The notes under the pieces are model-generated. The model was not told the DNA's origin. It saw only the letters and a program-made list of their open reading frames with translations, and did not search any database. A stretch of 64,000 bases of DNA from Solirubrobacteraceae bacterium (GTDB lineage Bacteria > Actinomycetota > Thermoleophilia > Solirubrobacterales > Solirubrobacteraceae): positions 1,898 to 65,897 of the forward strand of contig DATBKW010000373.1 in assembly GCA_036555665.1 (NCBI GenBank), read 5' to 3'. The position numbers and the translations under genes are program-made. This document shows positions 1 through 10,661 of the stretch, piece after piece (position 1 is the first letter of the stretch; each line of letters opens with the position of its first letter).

Positions 1-1
1 G

Positions 2-250
2 ATGACGCGCCGCATCGAGCGCGCCAAGGCGCTGCTGCGCGGCAGCAGCCTGTCGATCACCGAGGTCTCGCTTGCCGTCGGCTGCCAGAGCCTCGGCACC
101 GTCAGCACGCGCTTTCGCGAGATCGTCGGAATGACGCCGCGCGCGTACCGCGCGAGCGCGCGCGACGTTCCCGGCGTCCCGCCGTGCGGGGCGATGATGC
201 TCACGCGACCGAGCAGAAATCGAGAAGAAGGCGCGGTGGCCGCGGACTAA
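2..250 (+). CDS. AraC/XylS-family transcriptional regulator, C-terminal HTH fragment (5' part outside window)
   Basis: 82-aa ORF at window edge. 'SITEVSLAVGCQSLGTVSTRFREIVGMTPRAYR' looks like the second HTH of AraC-family proteins. Confidence 0.7.
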   Translation: MTRRIERAKALLRGSSLSITEVSLAVGCQSLGTVSTRFREIVGMTPRAYRASARDVPGVPPCGAMMLTRPSRNREEGAVAAD

Positions 251-260
251 CGTCGCGGCC

Positions 261-677
261 ATGGACCTCCAGCTCTCCCACACCTTCGTCTACGTCCTCG
301 ATCAGGACGAGGCGCTGGACTTCTACACGCGCGTGCTCGGCATGGAGACGCGCACCGATGCGCCGATGGAGCACATGCGCTGGCTGACCGTCGGGCCGCC
401 CGGCCAGCCCGAGATCGAGATCAACCTGTTCGCCCCTGGGCCGCCGATGCCACCCGACGACGCCGAGGCCGTGCGCCGCCTGCTGGCCAAGGGCTCGCTC
501 GGCACGCTCATCTTTCGTACCGACGACTGCCGCGCCGCCTTCGACCGCGTGCGCGACGCCGGCACCGACGTCCTGCAGGAGCCGATCGAGCAGGACTACG
601 GCGTGCTCGACTGCGCCTTCCGCGACCCCTCGGGGAACCACATCCGCATCAGTCAGGAGCTCGCGCGGGCCGGGTAG
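261..677 (+). CDS. VOC (glyoxalase/bleomycin-resistance/dioxygenase) family protein
   Basis: 138 aa. N-terminal 'SHTFVYVLDQDEALDFYTRVLG' and C-terminal 'FRDPSGNHIRI' are typical paired beta-alpha-beta-beta-beta VOC modules. Confidence 0.8.
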   Translation: MDLQLSHTFVYVLDQDEALDFYTRVLGMETRTDAPMEHMRWLTVGPPGQPEIEINLFAPGPPMPPDDAEAVRRLLAKGSLGTLIFRTDDCRAAFDRVRDAGTDVLQEPIEQDYGVLDCAFRDPSGNHIRISQELARAG

Positions 678-686
678 GCTCGGTGC

Positions 687-2156
687 ATGAGCACGGCAAC
701 GGCAGAGCAGACGATCCTCGATGCGGTCAAGCCGCAGCTCTACATCGGGGGCGAGTGGCGCGACGGCGCCGAGGGCAACACCATCGAGGTCGAGGACCCC
801 GCCACCGGCGAGACGCTGATCGAGGTCGCCGACGCCACCGTCGACGACGCCAAGGCCGCGCTCGCCGCCGCCCACGAGACCTTCGCGACGTGGCGCGATC
901 ATCCGCCGCGCGAGCGCGGCGACATCCTGCGCCGCGCCTTCGACGTGATCATGGAGCGCGCCGACGATCTGGCGCTGCTGATGACGCTCGAGATGGGCAA
1001 GCCGGTCGCCGAGTCGAAGGCCGAGATCGCCTACGCGGCCAACTTCTTTCGCTGGTACTCCGAGGAGGCGGTGCGGATCGACGGCCGCTACACGGTCAAC
1101 GAGACCGGCAAGGGCCGCGTCCTGACGCTCAAGCAGCCGGTCGGCCCGTGCGTCTTCATCACGCCATGGAACTTCCCCCTGGCGATGGGCACGCGCAAGA
1201 TCGGCCCGGCGATCGCGGCCGGCTGCACGATGGTCGTCAAGCCGGCCAAGCAGACGCCGCTGTCGATGCTCATGCTCGCCCAGATCCTCGAGGAGGTCGG
1301 GCTGCCCGGCGGCGTGCTCAACGTCATCACCGCGCGCTCCTCGGGCGCGACGATGGAGCCGCTGATCAAGGACCCGCGCACGCGCAAGCTGTCGTTCACC
1401 GGCTCCACCGAGGTCGGGCGCACGCTGATCGCGCAGTCGGCCGACCAGATCCTGCGCGTCTCGATGGAGCTCGGCGGCAACGCGCCGTTCCTGGTCTTCG
1501 ACGACGCCGACGTCGACGCCGCGGTCGAGGGCGCGCTCATCGCCAAGATGCGCAACGGGGGCGAGGCGTGCACATCGGCCAACCGCTTCCACGTCGCCGG
1601 CGCGGTCGCCGACGAGTTCGCCGAGAAGCTCGCGGCGAAGATCGGGGAGATGAAGGTGGGCCGCGGAACCGAGCCCGACGTCAAGGTCGGCCCGCTGATC
1701 GACGACGACCAGCGCGGCAAGGTCGCCGACCTCGTCGACGACGCGCGCAAGCGCGGCGCGAAGGTCCTCGTCGGCGGCGCACGGGTCGACGGCGCCGGCT
1801 ACTTCTACGAGCCGACCGTGCTCAGCGACGTCCCCGACGACGCGCGCCTGCTCGACGAGGAGATCTTCGGGCCCGTCGCACCGGTGCGGGCCTTCGGCTC
1901 CGACGACGAGGCGATCGCGGCGGCCAACCAGACCGAGTACGGCCTGGTCGCCTACGTCTACACGCAGGACATCAACCGTGCCTTCAAGGTCATCGAGGGC
2001 CTGGACACCGGGATGATCGGCCTCAACCAGGGCATGGTGTCGAACGCCGGCGCGCCGTTCGGCGGCGTCAAGGCGTCGGGCTACGGCCGCGAGGGCGGGC
2101 CCGAGGGCATCCAGGAGTACCTGGAGACGAAGTACGTCGCGCTGAACGTCCCGTAG
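687..2156 (+). CDS. gabD: NAD(P)+-dependent succinate-semialdehyde dehydrogenase-like aldehyde dehydrogenase
   Basis: 489 aa. ALDH motifs 'ITPWNFPLAM', 'FTGSTEVG', 'ELGGNAP', catalytic Cys in 'GEACTSANR', 'EEIFGPV'. Overall pattern resembles GabD/SSADH. Confidence 0.85.
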   Translation: MSTATAEQTILDAVKPQLYIGGEWRDGAEGNTIEVEDPATGETLIEVADATVDDAKAALAAAHETFATWRDHPPRERGDILRRAFDVIMERADDLALLMTLEMGKPVAESKAEIAYAANFFRWYSEEAVRIDGRYTVNETGKGRVLTLKQPVGPCVFITPWNFPLAMGTRKIGPAIAAGCTMVVKPAKQTPLSMLMLAQILEEVGLPGGVLNVITARSSGATMEPLIKDPRTRKLSFTGSTEVGRTLIAQSADQILRVSMELGGNAPFLVFDDADVDAAVEGALIAKMRNGGEACTSANRFHVAGAVADEFAEKLAAKIGEMKVGRGTEPDVKVGPLIDDDQRGKVADLVDDARKRGAKVLVGGARVDGAGYFYEPTVLSDVPDDARLLDEEIFGPVAPVRAFGSDDEAIAAANQTEYGLVAYVYTQDINRAFKVIEGLDTGMIGLNQGMVSNAGAPFGGVKASGYGREGGPEGIQEYLETKYVALNVP

Positions 2157-2161
2157 GTCGG

Positions 2162-2926
2162 ATGCCCCGGTACGTCGACCTCTCGGCGCCGATCGCCGCC
2201 TCACCGGCCGAGGCGCCCGACCTCCTGCGCACGGAGATCGAGTTCGTCGACCACGCGCAGGGCGCCAAGGACATCGAGACGCTGCTCGGCGTGCCGGCCG
2301 ATCTGCTCCGCGATCGCGAGGGCTGGGCCGTCGAGACGTTCCTGCGCTTCGGCACCCACAACTCCACGCACGTCGACGCACCGTGGCACTACAACTCGAG
2401 GATCTGCGAGGACCGCGCGCAGACGATCGACGAACTGCCGCTCGAGTGGTTCCACGCGCCTGGGGTCGTGCTCGACTTCACGTCTCGCGAGGACGGCGAC
2501 GCGATCGACACCGCCGACGTGCAGGACGAGCTCGAGCGCATCGGGCACGCGCTCGCGCCGCTCGAGATCGTGCTCGTGCGCACCGGCCGCGACGCCTTCT
2601 ACGCCGAGCCCGACTACATGATCCGCGGCCCCGGCGTCACGGCCGCGGCCACGCGCTGGCTCTTCGAGCAGGGCGTGCGCGTCATGGGCATCGACGCGTG
2701 GGGCTGGGACCGGCCGCTTCACCTGCAGGCCGCGGAGGCCAAGGAGCGCGGCGAGCGCGGCATCTTCTGGGCCGCCCACCAGGTCGACCTGCCCTACTCG
2801 CAGATCGAGCGCCTCTTCAACCTCGGCGCGCTTCCGAGCACCGGCTTCGTCGTCTGCTGCTTCCCGCTGCGCATCGTCGGCGCGAGCGCCGCGCCCGCGC
2901 GCGTCGTCGGGATTGTCGACGACTGA
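2162..2926 (+). CDS. Cyclase-family protein (kynurenine formamidase-like metal hydrolase)
   Basis: In-frame ATG at 2162 inside track ORF 683..2926. 'FGTHNSTHVDAPWHY' matches the HxGTHxDxPxH-type motif of the putative cyclase family. Confidence 0.75.
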   Translation: MPRYVDLSAPIAASPAEAPDLLRTEIEFVDHAQGAKDIETLLGVPADLLRDREGWAVETFLRFGTHNSTHVDAPWHYNSRICEDRAQTIDELPLEWFHAPGVVLDFTSREDGDAIDTADVQDELERIGHALAPLEIVLVRTGRDAFYAEPDYMIRGPGVTAAATRWLFEQGVRVMGIDAWGWDRPLHLQAAEAKERGERGIFWAAHQVDLPYSQIERLFNLGALPSTGFVVCCFPLRIVGASAAPARVVGIVDD

Positions 2927-3043
2927 GCCGCGCTATGGTCCGTTGCCGCGCAACCTGCGCGCTCCAGCCGCCGTTAGCAGTGTTGTGAGGAGTCCGTCCA
3001 TGCGCACCGGGCAGGGCCGCGCCGCCGCGAGCCTCGGCGGCCG

Positions 3044-4884
3044 ATGACGCGCGCGCGCTGGGCAATCCTGGCCGCCTGCTTGGCGGTGGCGATGGGCGTC
3101 CTTGCCGTTGCGGGCGCGATCGGCCAGCAGGCTCGCGACGCAGGCATGCTGCCGCCGGCGACCGCCGCCGCCGGCGAGCAACCGCTCAACGGCCCGTGGA
3201 TCATTCGCGGCGATCGCGCCGGGCGCGGCAGGGCGCTCGGCTGGCCGAGCGGACACTTCAGCGGGCGCACGGTGACCGTCCCCTACTCGCCCAACGCGCG
3301 CCACGTCCGCGGCGCCGCCGGGACGCGCTCGTTCGAGGGGTCGGTGGCCTGGTATCGCACGACGATCAACGTCGCCCACGACGGCGACTACGCCGTTCGC
3401 TTCGACTCGGTCAACCACATCGCCACCGTGTGGATCGACGGGCGCCAGATCACCCATCACACCGGCACCTACCTGCCGTTCGAGGCGCGCGCGCACCTGA
3501 CCGCGGGCGCGCACGTGCTCGTCGTGCGGGCCGACTGGCGCAACCCGGCGGCGATGAAGGCCGACGCGTGGCACCGCACGTGGTTCAACTTCGGCGGCAT
3601 CAATCGCGCGGTTACGATCCGCCCGCTGGGGCCCAGCGAGCTCGATTCGCCCTCGATCGTCACGCGGCTGGACGGCACGACGGCCGTCGTCGACGTCACC
3701 GTGCGCGTCACCAACCGCAGCGGGCCGCGGACGCTGCAGGTGCGCGGCGCGCTCGCCGGCAGCACGCTGCGCTTCGACGCGGAGCACATGGGCCGCGGCG
3801 CCGAGCGCGTCGTGCGTGCGCAGGCGCGGATCAAGAACCCCGACCTGTGGGAGCCCGGCCACCCGGCGCTGAAGTTGCTGCGCCTGGTGGTCCCGGGCGA
3901 GTCGGCGCTGAACGCGCGCGTCGGGCTGCGCGAGCTGCGCTGGTCCGGAGGGCGGCTGCTGCTCAACGGCCAGCCGCTGCGCCTGCACGGCGCGTCGCTG
4001 CAGGAGGACGCGCCGGGCCGCGGCGATGCGCTGCTCCCTGCCGACATGGACGCGATCGTCGCCCGCCTGAAGGCGATCGGCGCCAACGCCACGCGCAGCC
4101 AGCACCCGCTCAGCGATGCGCTGCTCGACCGCCTCGACGCCGCGGGAATCCTCGTCTGGCAGGGGGTCGGCCCGGTCGACGCGCCCGGCGCGTGGACGTC
4201 GCGGACACCCGCGCAGCAGCAGCGCGCCATCCGCCGCGTGCGCCTCAACATCATCGAGGCGCGCATCCATCCGAGCATCGTCGCCTGGAACCTCGCCAAC
4301 GAGGTCGCCGGCAACGGGCACTACGGCGGCCAGCCCGAGTACGTCGACGCCGCTGCCCAGCTCGTCCATCGGCTCGATCCGGGCCGGCCCGCGGCGATCG
4401 ACGTCTGGGGCACGCACATGCCGGACATCGCGGGGCCGATGTACCGCCACATCGACGCGGTCGGTGCGACGAATTACGAGGGCTGGTACGACGACACCTA
4501 CGCCACTCCGGACGTCATCCGCGCGCGCATCGGCCAGTGGCTGGCCCAGCTCCACGCGACGTTCCCCGGCAAGGTCCTCATCGTCAGCGAGTTCGGTGCC
4601 GAGGCCAACCGCCTCAACCCGCCCGGCGCCCCGGGCTCGGACGGTTTCCAGGCCAACCTGCTGACCGAGCACATTGGCGTCTACGACGCCACGCCGTGGC
4701 TATCCGGATCGCTGATCTGGAACCTGCAGGACTTCGCGCTCGCGCCGTCGTTCGCCGGCGGCTCGATCCGCCACGAGGTGCCGAACATCCGTCTCGTGCG
4801 CGGCATCAACCAGAAGGGGCTGTTCACCTACGACGGCCGGCCGAAGCCGTCCGTTGCGGCCGTGCGCCAGGCCTTCGCCGACAG

Positions 4885-4888
<4 letters not shown>
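3044..4888 (+). CDS. Secreted glycoside hydrolase family 2-like enzyme
   Basis: 614 aa. N-terminal signal-like 'WAILAACLAVAMGVLAVAGA', sugar-binding-domain pattern 'SVAWYRTTI...VWIDG', TIM-barrel acid/base 'AWNLANEV' and nucleophile 'VSEFGAE'. Confidence 0.75.
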
Positions 4889-6216
<1,328 letters not shown>

Positions 6217-6217
6217 C

Positions 6218-7045
6218 CTAGCCGCAGAACGCTGCCAACTCGCGCGCGACTCCCACCGGGTCGTCGTAGGCCATGAGGAAGCCCGTGCCGGGCAGCACCC
6301 GCAGCTGCGCGTCGGGCAGCAGGTCGAGCGCCTCCTCGGCGGCCTGCAGCGGATGGCGGCGGTCTTCGTCGGCCCACAGCAGCAGCACCGGCAGGTCCAG
6401 CCGCGGGTAGAGGTCGAGCAGCTCGCGCCGCGGCCCGCGGGGCCAGCGCTTGGCCAGCCGCGCCCACGAGCGCGCGAGGTTGGCGTTGCCGCCGATGTCG
6501 GCCATCGCGTGGCGCACGAGGTCGCGGGCGGCGGGCTCGGCGCTCACCGACAGCTTCACGCCGCGTTTGGGGCGGAAGGCCGCACGGGCGACGTGCGTCA
6601 TCACGCGGTCCAGGCCGGGCACCGCGCCGAGCCGGGCCGCCGCGCGCCACGGCTCCCGCGGGGCAGGGCGGTGCAGGGGGTTGGGCATCAACACGAGGCT
6701 GCCGGGCTCGAGCAGCCCGAGCTCGAGCGCCCGCAGGAGGATCTCGGCGCCGAGCTCGTGGCCGCCGACCAGCGGTCGCGGGCCGGCGGTCTCGACGCAG
6801 AAGGCGGCGATCACCTCGGCCAGCCAATCGAGCGTGTAGGGGTGGCGCGGGCGGTCCTCGGAGTCGCCGTGCAGGGGCAGGTCGGGGAGGATCAGTCGGT
6901 AGCGGTGGTCGAGGTACTCAACCGCCGGCTCGAACTCGCGGTAGCTCAGCAGCGCCGAGTGCAGGAGGACGAGGCCCGGGCCGGTGCCCGCCTCGCGGTA
7001 GGCCACGCGCGCGCCGTCGGTGTGGTGGTAGAGGCGCAGCTTCAC
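6218..7045 (-). CDS. Alpha/beta-hydrolase fold protein, probably catalytically inactive
   Basis: GTG at 7045 inside track ORF 6218..7447 ('VKLRLYHHTDGARVAYREAGTGPGLVLLHS'). The nucleophile elbow reads 'GGHELGA' instead of G-x-S-x-G. The His position reads 'GTGFLMAYDDP'. Confidence 0.65.
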   Translation of the reverse strand: MKLRLYHHTDGARVAYREAGTGPGLVLLHSALLSYREFEPAVEYLDHRYRLILPDLPLHGDSEDRPRHPYTLDWLAEVIAAFCVETAGPRPLVGGHELGAEILLRALELGLLEPGSLVLMPNPLHRPAPREPWRAAARLGAVPGLDRVMTHVARAAFRPKRGVKLSVSAEPAARDLVRHAMADIGGNANLARSWARLAKRWPRGPRRELLDLYPRLDLPVLLLWADEDRRHPLQAAEEALDLLPDAQLRVLPGTGFLMAYDDPVGVARELAAFCG

Positions 7046-7491
7046 CCGCGCGCCTCCCCGGCGCGCACGCCGCGCGCCACCGCGGCGACGACGCGCGGGC
7101 CGCCGGCATCGAGGAAGGCCGCGGCGCGTTCGATGCGCCGCTGCAGCTCGGCGTGGATGCCGGCGGTCCGGGCCGCACCGCGGCGCGTGGCGCCCACCAG
7201 ATAGCCCAAACGCAGCGCGGCGGTAGCGTCGCCGCCCTTGGCTGCGTCGGAGAGGTGGTCGGCCGCCCGGGTGAGGACGAGCCCGGCGCTCTGCAGGTCG
7301 GCATCGCTGCGCGCGTTGGCCACGCACTCGGACAGGCGCGTGCCCGTCGGCAGCGTCACGGTGGCGGGCGCCCGCGCGAGCGCGCGCTCGATCGCGCCCG
7401 GAGAGCTCAGGCACGCGTCGTCGAGCGGCTCGCCGCCGCCGCCGCACGCCGCGAGCAGCACGGCGGCGGACAGCGCGAGGACCCGGACCAT
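7042..7491 (-). CDS. Putative lipoprotein of unknown function
   Basis: ATG at 7491. 'MVRVLALSAAVLLAACGGGG' is a signal peptide plus lipobox (LAAC). Its stop overlaps the downstream GTG by 4 nt (GTGA). Confidence 0.6.
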   Translation of the reverse strand: MVRVLALSAAVLLAACGGGGEPLDDACLSSPGAIERALARAPATVTLPTGTRLSECVANARSDADLQSAGLVLTRAADHLSDAAKGGDATAALRLGYLVGATRRGAARTAGIHAELQRRIERAAAFLDAGGPRVVAAVARGVRAGEARG

Positions 7492-7505
7492 GTCCGGATC
7501 GTAGA

Positions 7506-8795
7506 GTGGCCCGGGTGGTCCGCTCCTCCTACGACCGGGAGATCCTGGGTCTCGCGGTGCCGGCGCTCGGTGCGCTCGCCGCCGAGCCGCTGTACCTGCT
7601 CGTCGACACCGCGATCGTCGGTCATCTGGGGACACCGCAGCTCGCCGCGCTCGCGCTCGCATCGACGGTGCTGGCGAGCCTGATCGCGCTGTGCATCTTC
7701 CTCACCTACGGGACGACGGCGCGCGTGACGCGGCTGCACGGCGCGGGCCAGGACGCCGAAGCGGCCGCCCTCGGCCCGCAGGCGCTGTGGCTCGCGCTGA
7801 CCGTCGGCGTGATCGTCGCGGGAGCCGTGGCCGCGCTGGCCGACCCGCTCGTGCATGCGCTCGGCGGTCAGGGCGACGTCGCGGACATGGCCGTCAGCTA
7901 CCTGCGCATCGCTTCGCTCGGCGTCCCGATGGCGCTCATCGCGCTGGCGGGGCAGGGCTGGCTGCGCGGCATGGGCGACCTGCGCACGCCGCTGATCATC
8001 GTCGTGGTGGCCAACGCCGCCAACGTCGTGCTCGAGCTGTTGTTCGTCTACGGCTTCGACTGGGGGCTCGACGGCTCGGCCTGGGGGACGGTCCTCGCGC
8101 AGCTCGGGATGGGCGTGGCGTTCGCGGTCGTGCTCCTGCAGGTGTTCGCGGCGCCGGATCCCGGCCGCATCCGCTCGCTGGTCTCGATCGGCGCCCAGCT
8201 CGTGGTGCGGACCGCGGCGCTGCTCGGCTGCTTCGTGCTCGCCACCGCCGTCTGTGCGCGTATCGGCGCGGCGACGCTCGGCGCGCACCAGATCGCCTTT
8301 CAGCTCTACGGCTTCCTGGCCCTGCTGCTCGACGCGATCGCCATCGCCGGGCAGGTGATCGTCGGGCGCGCGCTCGGCGCCGGTGACGCCGACGACGCCG
8401 TGGCCGCGGCGCGGCGGATGATCGAACTGTCGCTCTTCGCCGGCCTGATCATCGGCGGCGTCTTCCTCGCGTTGACGAACGTAGTGCCGCGGGCGTTCAC
8501 CGACGATCCGCAGGTGATCGACCAGGCGCACGACCTATGGCCGCTGTTCTGTGTGATGTGGCCGGTGGCCGCGGTCGCCTTCGCGCTCGACGGGATCCTC
8601 ATCGGCGCCGGTGACACGGCGTACATGGCGGGTGCGATGGTCGTCTCGTTCGTCGTCTTCGCGCCGATCGTGCTCGCCGCCAATACCGTTGCCGTCGTCT
8701 GGGTGGCCATCGACGTGCTCATGCTCGTGCGCGTGGCGACGCTCGGCGCGCGCTTCGCGCGGCGGCGGTGGGTGCTGGTCGGCGCGCACGCGTAG
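7506..8795 (+). CDS. MATE-family efflux transporter (DinF-like)
   Basis: 429 aa, about 12 predicted TM helices. N-terminal 'REILGLAVPALGALAAEPLYLLVDTAIVGHLG' is typical of MATE. Confidence 0.8.
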   Translation: MARVVRSSYDREILGLAVPALGALAAEPLYLLVDTAIVGHLGTPQLAALALASTVLASLIALCIFLTYGTTARVTRLHGAGQDAEAAALGPQALWLALTVGVIVAGAVAALADPLVHALGGQGDVADMAVSYLRIASLGVPMALIALAGQGWLRGMGDLRTPLIIVVVANAANVVLELLFVYGFDWGLDGSAWGTVLAQLGMGVAFAVVLLQVFAAPDPGRIRSLVSIGAQLVVRTAALLGCFVLATAVCARIGAATLGAHQIAFQLYGFLALLLDAIAIAGQVIVGRALGAGDADDAVAAARRMIELSLFAGLIIGGVFLALTNVVPRAFTDDPQVIDQAHDLWPLFCVMWPVAAVAFALDGILIGAGDTAYMAGAMVVSFVVFAPIVLAANTVAVVWVAIDVLMLVRVATLGARFARRRWVLVGAHA

Positions 8796-8876
8796 ATCGG
8801 CAGTATCGGCCCGCCAAACCTGCGCAAAGCCGCAGCGCCGGTCGCGCGGGCGCCGCCGGATGCCGTACTTGGCGCC

Positions 8877-9080
8877 ATGAGCACCACCGCTCGTCCGGAT
8901 GCGCGGCTGGGGCTGACCGCGTCACAGGCCGCGCGCCACCTCGGGGTCTCGATCTCGACGCTGCGGCGCTGGTCGGACGCCGGCCACCTGCAGGCCTACC
9001 GGACGCCCGGCCGTCAGCGCCGCTTCAGCGTCGAGCAGCTCGACGCCTTCCTCGACTCACTGCGCCCGCGCGGCGGCTGA
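8877..9080 (+). CDS. Small MerR-superfamily/excisionase-type HTH protein (BldC-like size)
   Basis: 67 aa. 'LTASQAARHLGVSISTLRRWSDAGHLQAYRTPGRQRRF' is an HTH_17/MerR-like DNA-binding domain with no effector domain. Confidence 0.7.
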   Translation: MSTTARPDARLGLTASQAARHLGVSISTLRRWSDAGHLQAYRTPGRQRRFSVEQLDAFLDSLRPRGG

Positions 9081-9094
9081 CCAGCCGGCGCGGC

Positions 9095-10432
9095 TCACGA
9101 CGACGGCGCGATCGCCTCGTTCATGCGGCGCTCGATGTCGAGCTCGCGGTCGAAGTCGGCCTCGTCGGCGTGGCGGTACTCGGTGCCGCGTCCGGCGAGC
9201 AGATCGGCGAGCGCCTCGACGTACGTCGCGTCGAGCTGCGAGCCGGCGACGCGCCGAAGCTCGTTGAGGGCCTCGAACGAGTTCATCGGCGTCCGATACG
9301 TGTCCGGGGCGGTCAGGGTGTCGTAGACCTCGGCCACCGCGACGACGCGAGCGATCGCGGGGATCTCGTCGCCGTGCAGCCGCTGGGGGTAGCCGCGGCC
9401 GTCGATGCGCTCGTGATGGGCGCGCACGATCTCGGCGACCGGGCCGTAGACGCCGATGTCGCGCAGCAGTTCCGCGCCGATGTCCGGGTGGCGCCGGATG
9501 CCGCGCCAGTCGGCCTCCGCCAGGCGCCCGCCGCGCTCCATGACGCGGTCCGAGAGCGCGAACTTGCCGATGTCGTGCAGGAGGCCGGCGGTATGGGCGA
9601 GCTCCTGGTCGCGCTTGGACATGCCGCAGTGCTTGGCGATGTCGCGCGAGAACGCTGCGACCGCCGCGCAATGGCGCGCCGCGCGCGAGTCGCGCTCGTC
9701 GAGGGTGCGGATGAGTCCCGAGAGGACGCCCCAGGAGAGGTTCGCGTACTGCCGCGTGCGCTCGCGCGCGACGATGACGAGGCGCGCCATGTAGGAGAAC
9801 GCGATCACGTTGAGCAGCACGAAGACGAGCGCCAGCAGTCCCAGCTGGTCGTAGATGCCGGCGATGACCGCGACCAGTCCGACGTTGAGCAGGACGGCTG
9901 GGAACGTCGCCAGCGCGCCGCGGATCGTCCCCAGGACCGACTTGCCGTCGAGGAGGGCGAACGCCGTCGACGCGAACAGCAGGTTCACCGCCATCGTTCC
10001 CGTCGCCACGAGCGCGAGCACGGCGATGAACTCGAAGCTGTCGCTGGGTGGATCGATCGCCTCGAAGAGGAACGCCGCCAGCATCACCGGCGTCGCCGAG
10101 CCCGCGATGTTGATCAGCAGCGCCTGCCAGCGGTAGCGGTCGACGATCCACACGCCGACGTAGGAGATCGTGGGCACCCAGAAGGCGGCGACGGGGCCCA
10201 GGAAGGCCACAGCGAGCATTGCCGCAAGGAAGGCCGCCGACAGCGTCAGGGTGGGCGCGTGCCGGGCCGCGATAAGCTCAGCGACCAGGGCGCATACCGC
10301 CAGGACGACTGCTAAAGGCTTGACTAGCGGCGACCAGGACGACATCGTCAGCCCTACGACCCCGACGCAAACGACGACGACCGCAAGCGTCATCGCGAGC
10401 ACGGGACGCCCCCGAGGCTGGGCCTCCGTCAT
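9095..10432 (-). CDS. Multi-pass membrane HD-GYP domain protein (probable c-di-GMP phosphodiesterase)
   Basis: 445 aa. About 7 N-terminal TM helices, then 'LLHDIGKF', 'HPDIGAELL', 'HHERIDGRGYP' (HD-GYP signature). The true start may be an internal GTG ('VLAMTL'). Confidence 0.8.
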   Translation of the reverse strand: MTEAQPRGRPVLAMTLAVVVVCVGVVGLTMSSWSPLVKPLAVVLAVCALVAELIAARHAPTLTLSAAFLAAMLAVAFLGPVAAFWVPTISYVGVWIVDRYRWQALLINIAGSATPVMLAAFLFEAIDPPSDSFEFIAVLALVATGTMAVNLLFASTAFALLDGKSVLGTIRGALATFPAVLLNVGLVAVIAGIYDQLGLLALVFVLLNVIAFSYMARLVIVARERTRQYANLSWGVLSGLIRTLDERDSRAARHCAAVAAFSRDIAKHCGMSKRDQELAHTAGLLHDIGKFALSDRVMERGGRLAEADWRGIRRHPDIGAELLRDIGVYGPVAEIVRAHHERIDGRGYPQRLHGDEIPAIARVVAVAEVYDTLTAPDTYRTPMNSFEALNELRRVAGSQLDATYVEALADLLAGRGTEYRHADEADFDRELDIERRMNEAIAPSS

Positions 10433-10661
10433 GCGCAGAAATTACAACGTCTGCGAGAGGTCCAGACGTGGTTGGAAAGAGAGCTGCCTAGCGGCCGCCG
10501 TAAAACATCACAAGTGCTCCCCTCGTTTGGGGGTTTGCCGGATCGGACGTGGCGGAACATACACACGTCCAGATGGCATTGCACGGATTTCTCCGCGAAA
10601 CCCGTGCAAGATCTGTGTGCGCGGAGACAGATCTCTGTAAGACTGGTGCAGTGCGAGGGCT
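10433..10661. promoter_or_regulatory. Low-GC, hairpin-dense divergent intergenic region (promoters plus possible structured RNA)
   Basis: Stem-loops read directly. 10447-10453/10463-10469 (7 bp). 10545-10551/10564-10570 (7 bp). 10579-10586/10602-10609 (8 bp, plus inner TTTC/GAAA). 10610-10616/10627-10633 (7 bp). CCCC/GGGG at 10519-10532. Confidence 0.35.

Noticed and set aside
201-2381. 726-aa minus-strand ORF antisense to the aldehyde dehydrogenase and cyclase genes
   Set aside because: Arg/Ala/Gly/Asp-dominated low-complexity translation with no motifs. The plus strand carries unmistakable ALDH motifs. This is a typical open antisense frame of high-GC DNA.
10433-10661. c-di-GMP-I (GEMM-I) riboswitch on the minus strand upstream of the HD-GYP gene
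   Set aside because: The minus-strand 'CCGGCAAACCCCCAAACGAGGGG' recalls the GGCAAACC-hairpin start of GEMM-I. I cannot find the ACGCAAAGC-type second half or a tetraloop/receptor pair. It is kept only as an unclassified structured region.
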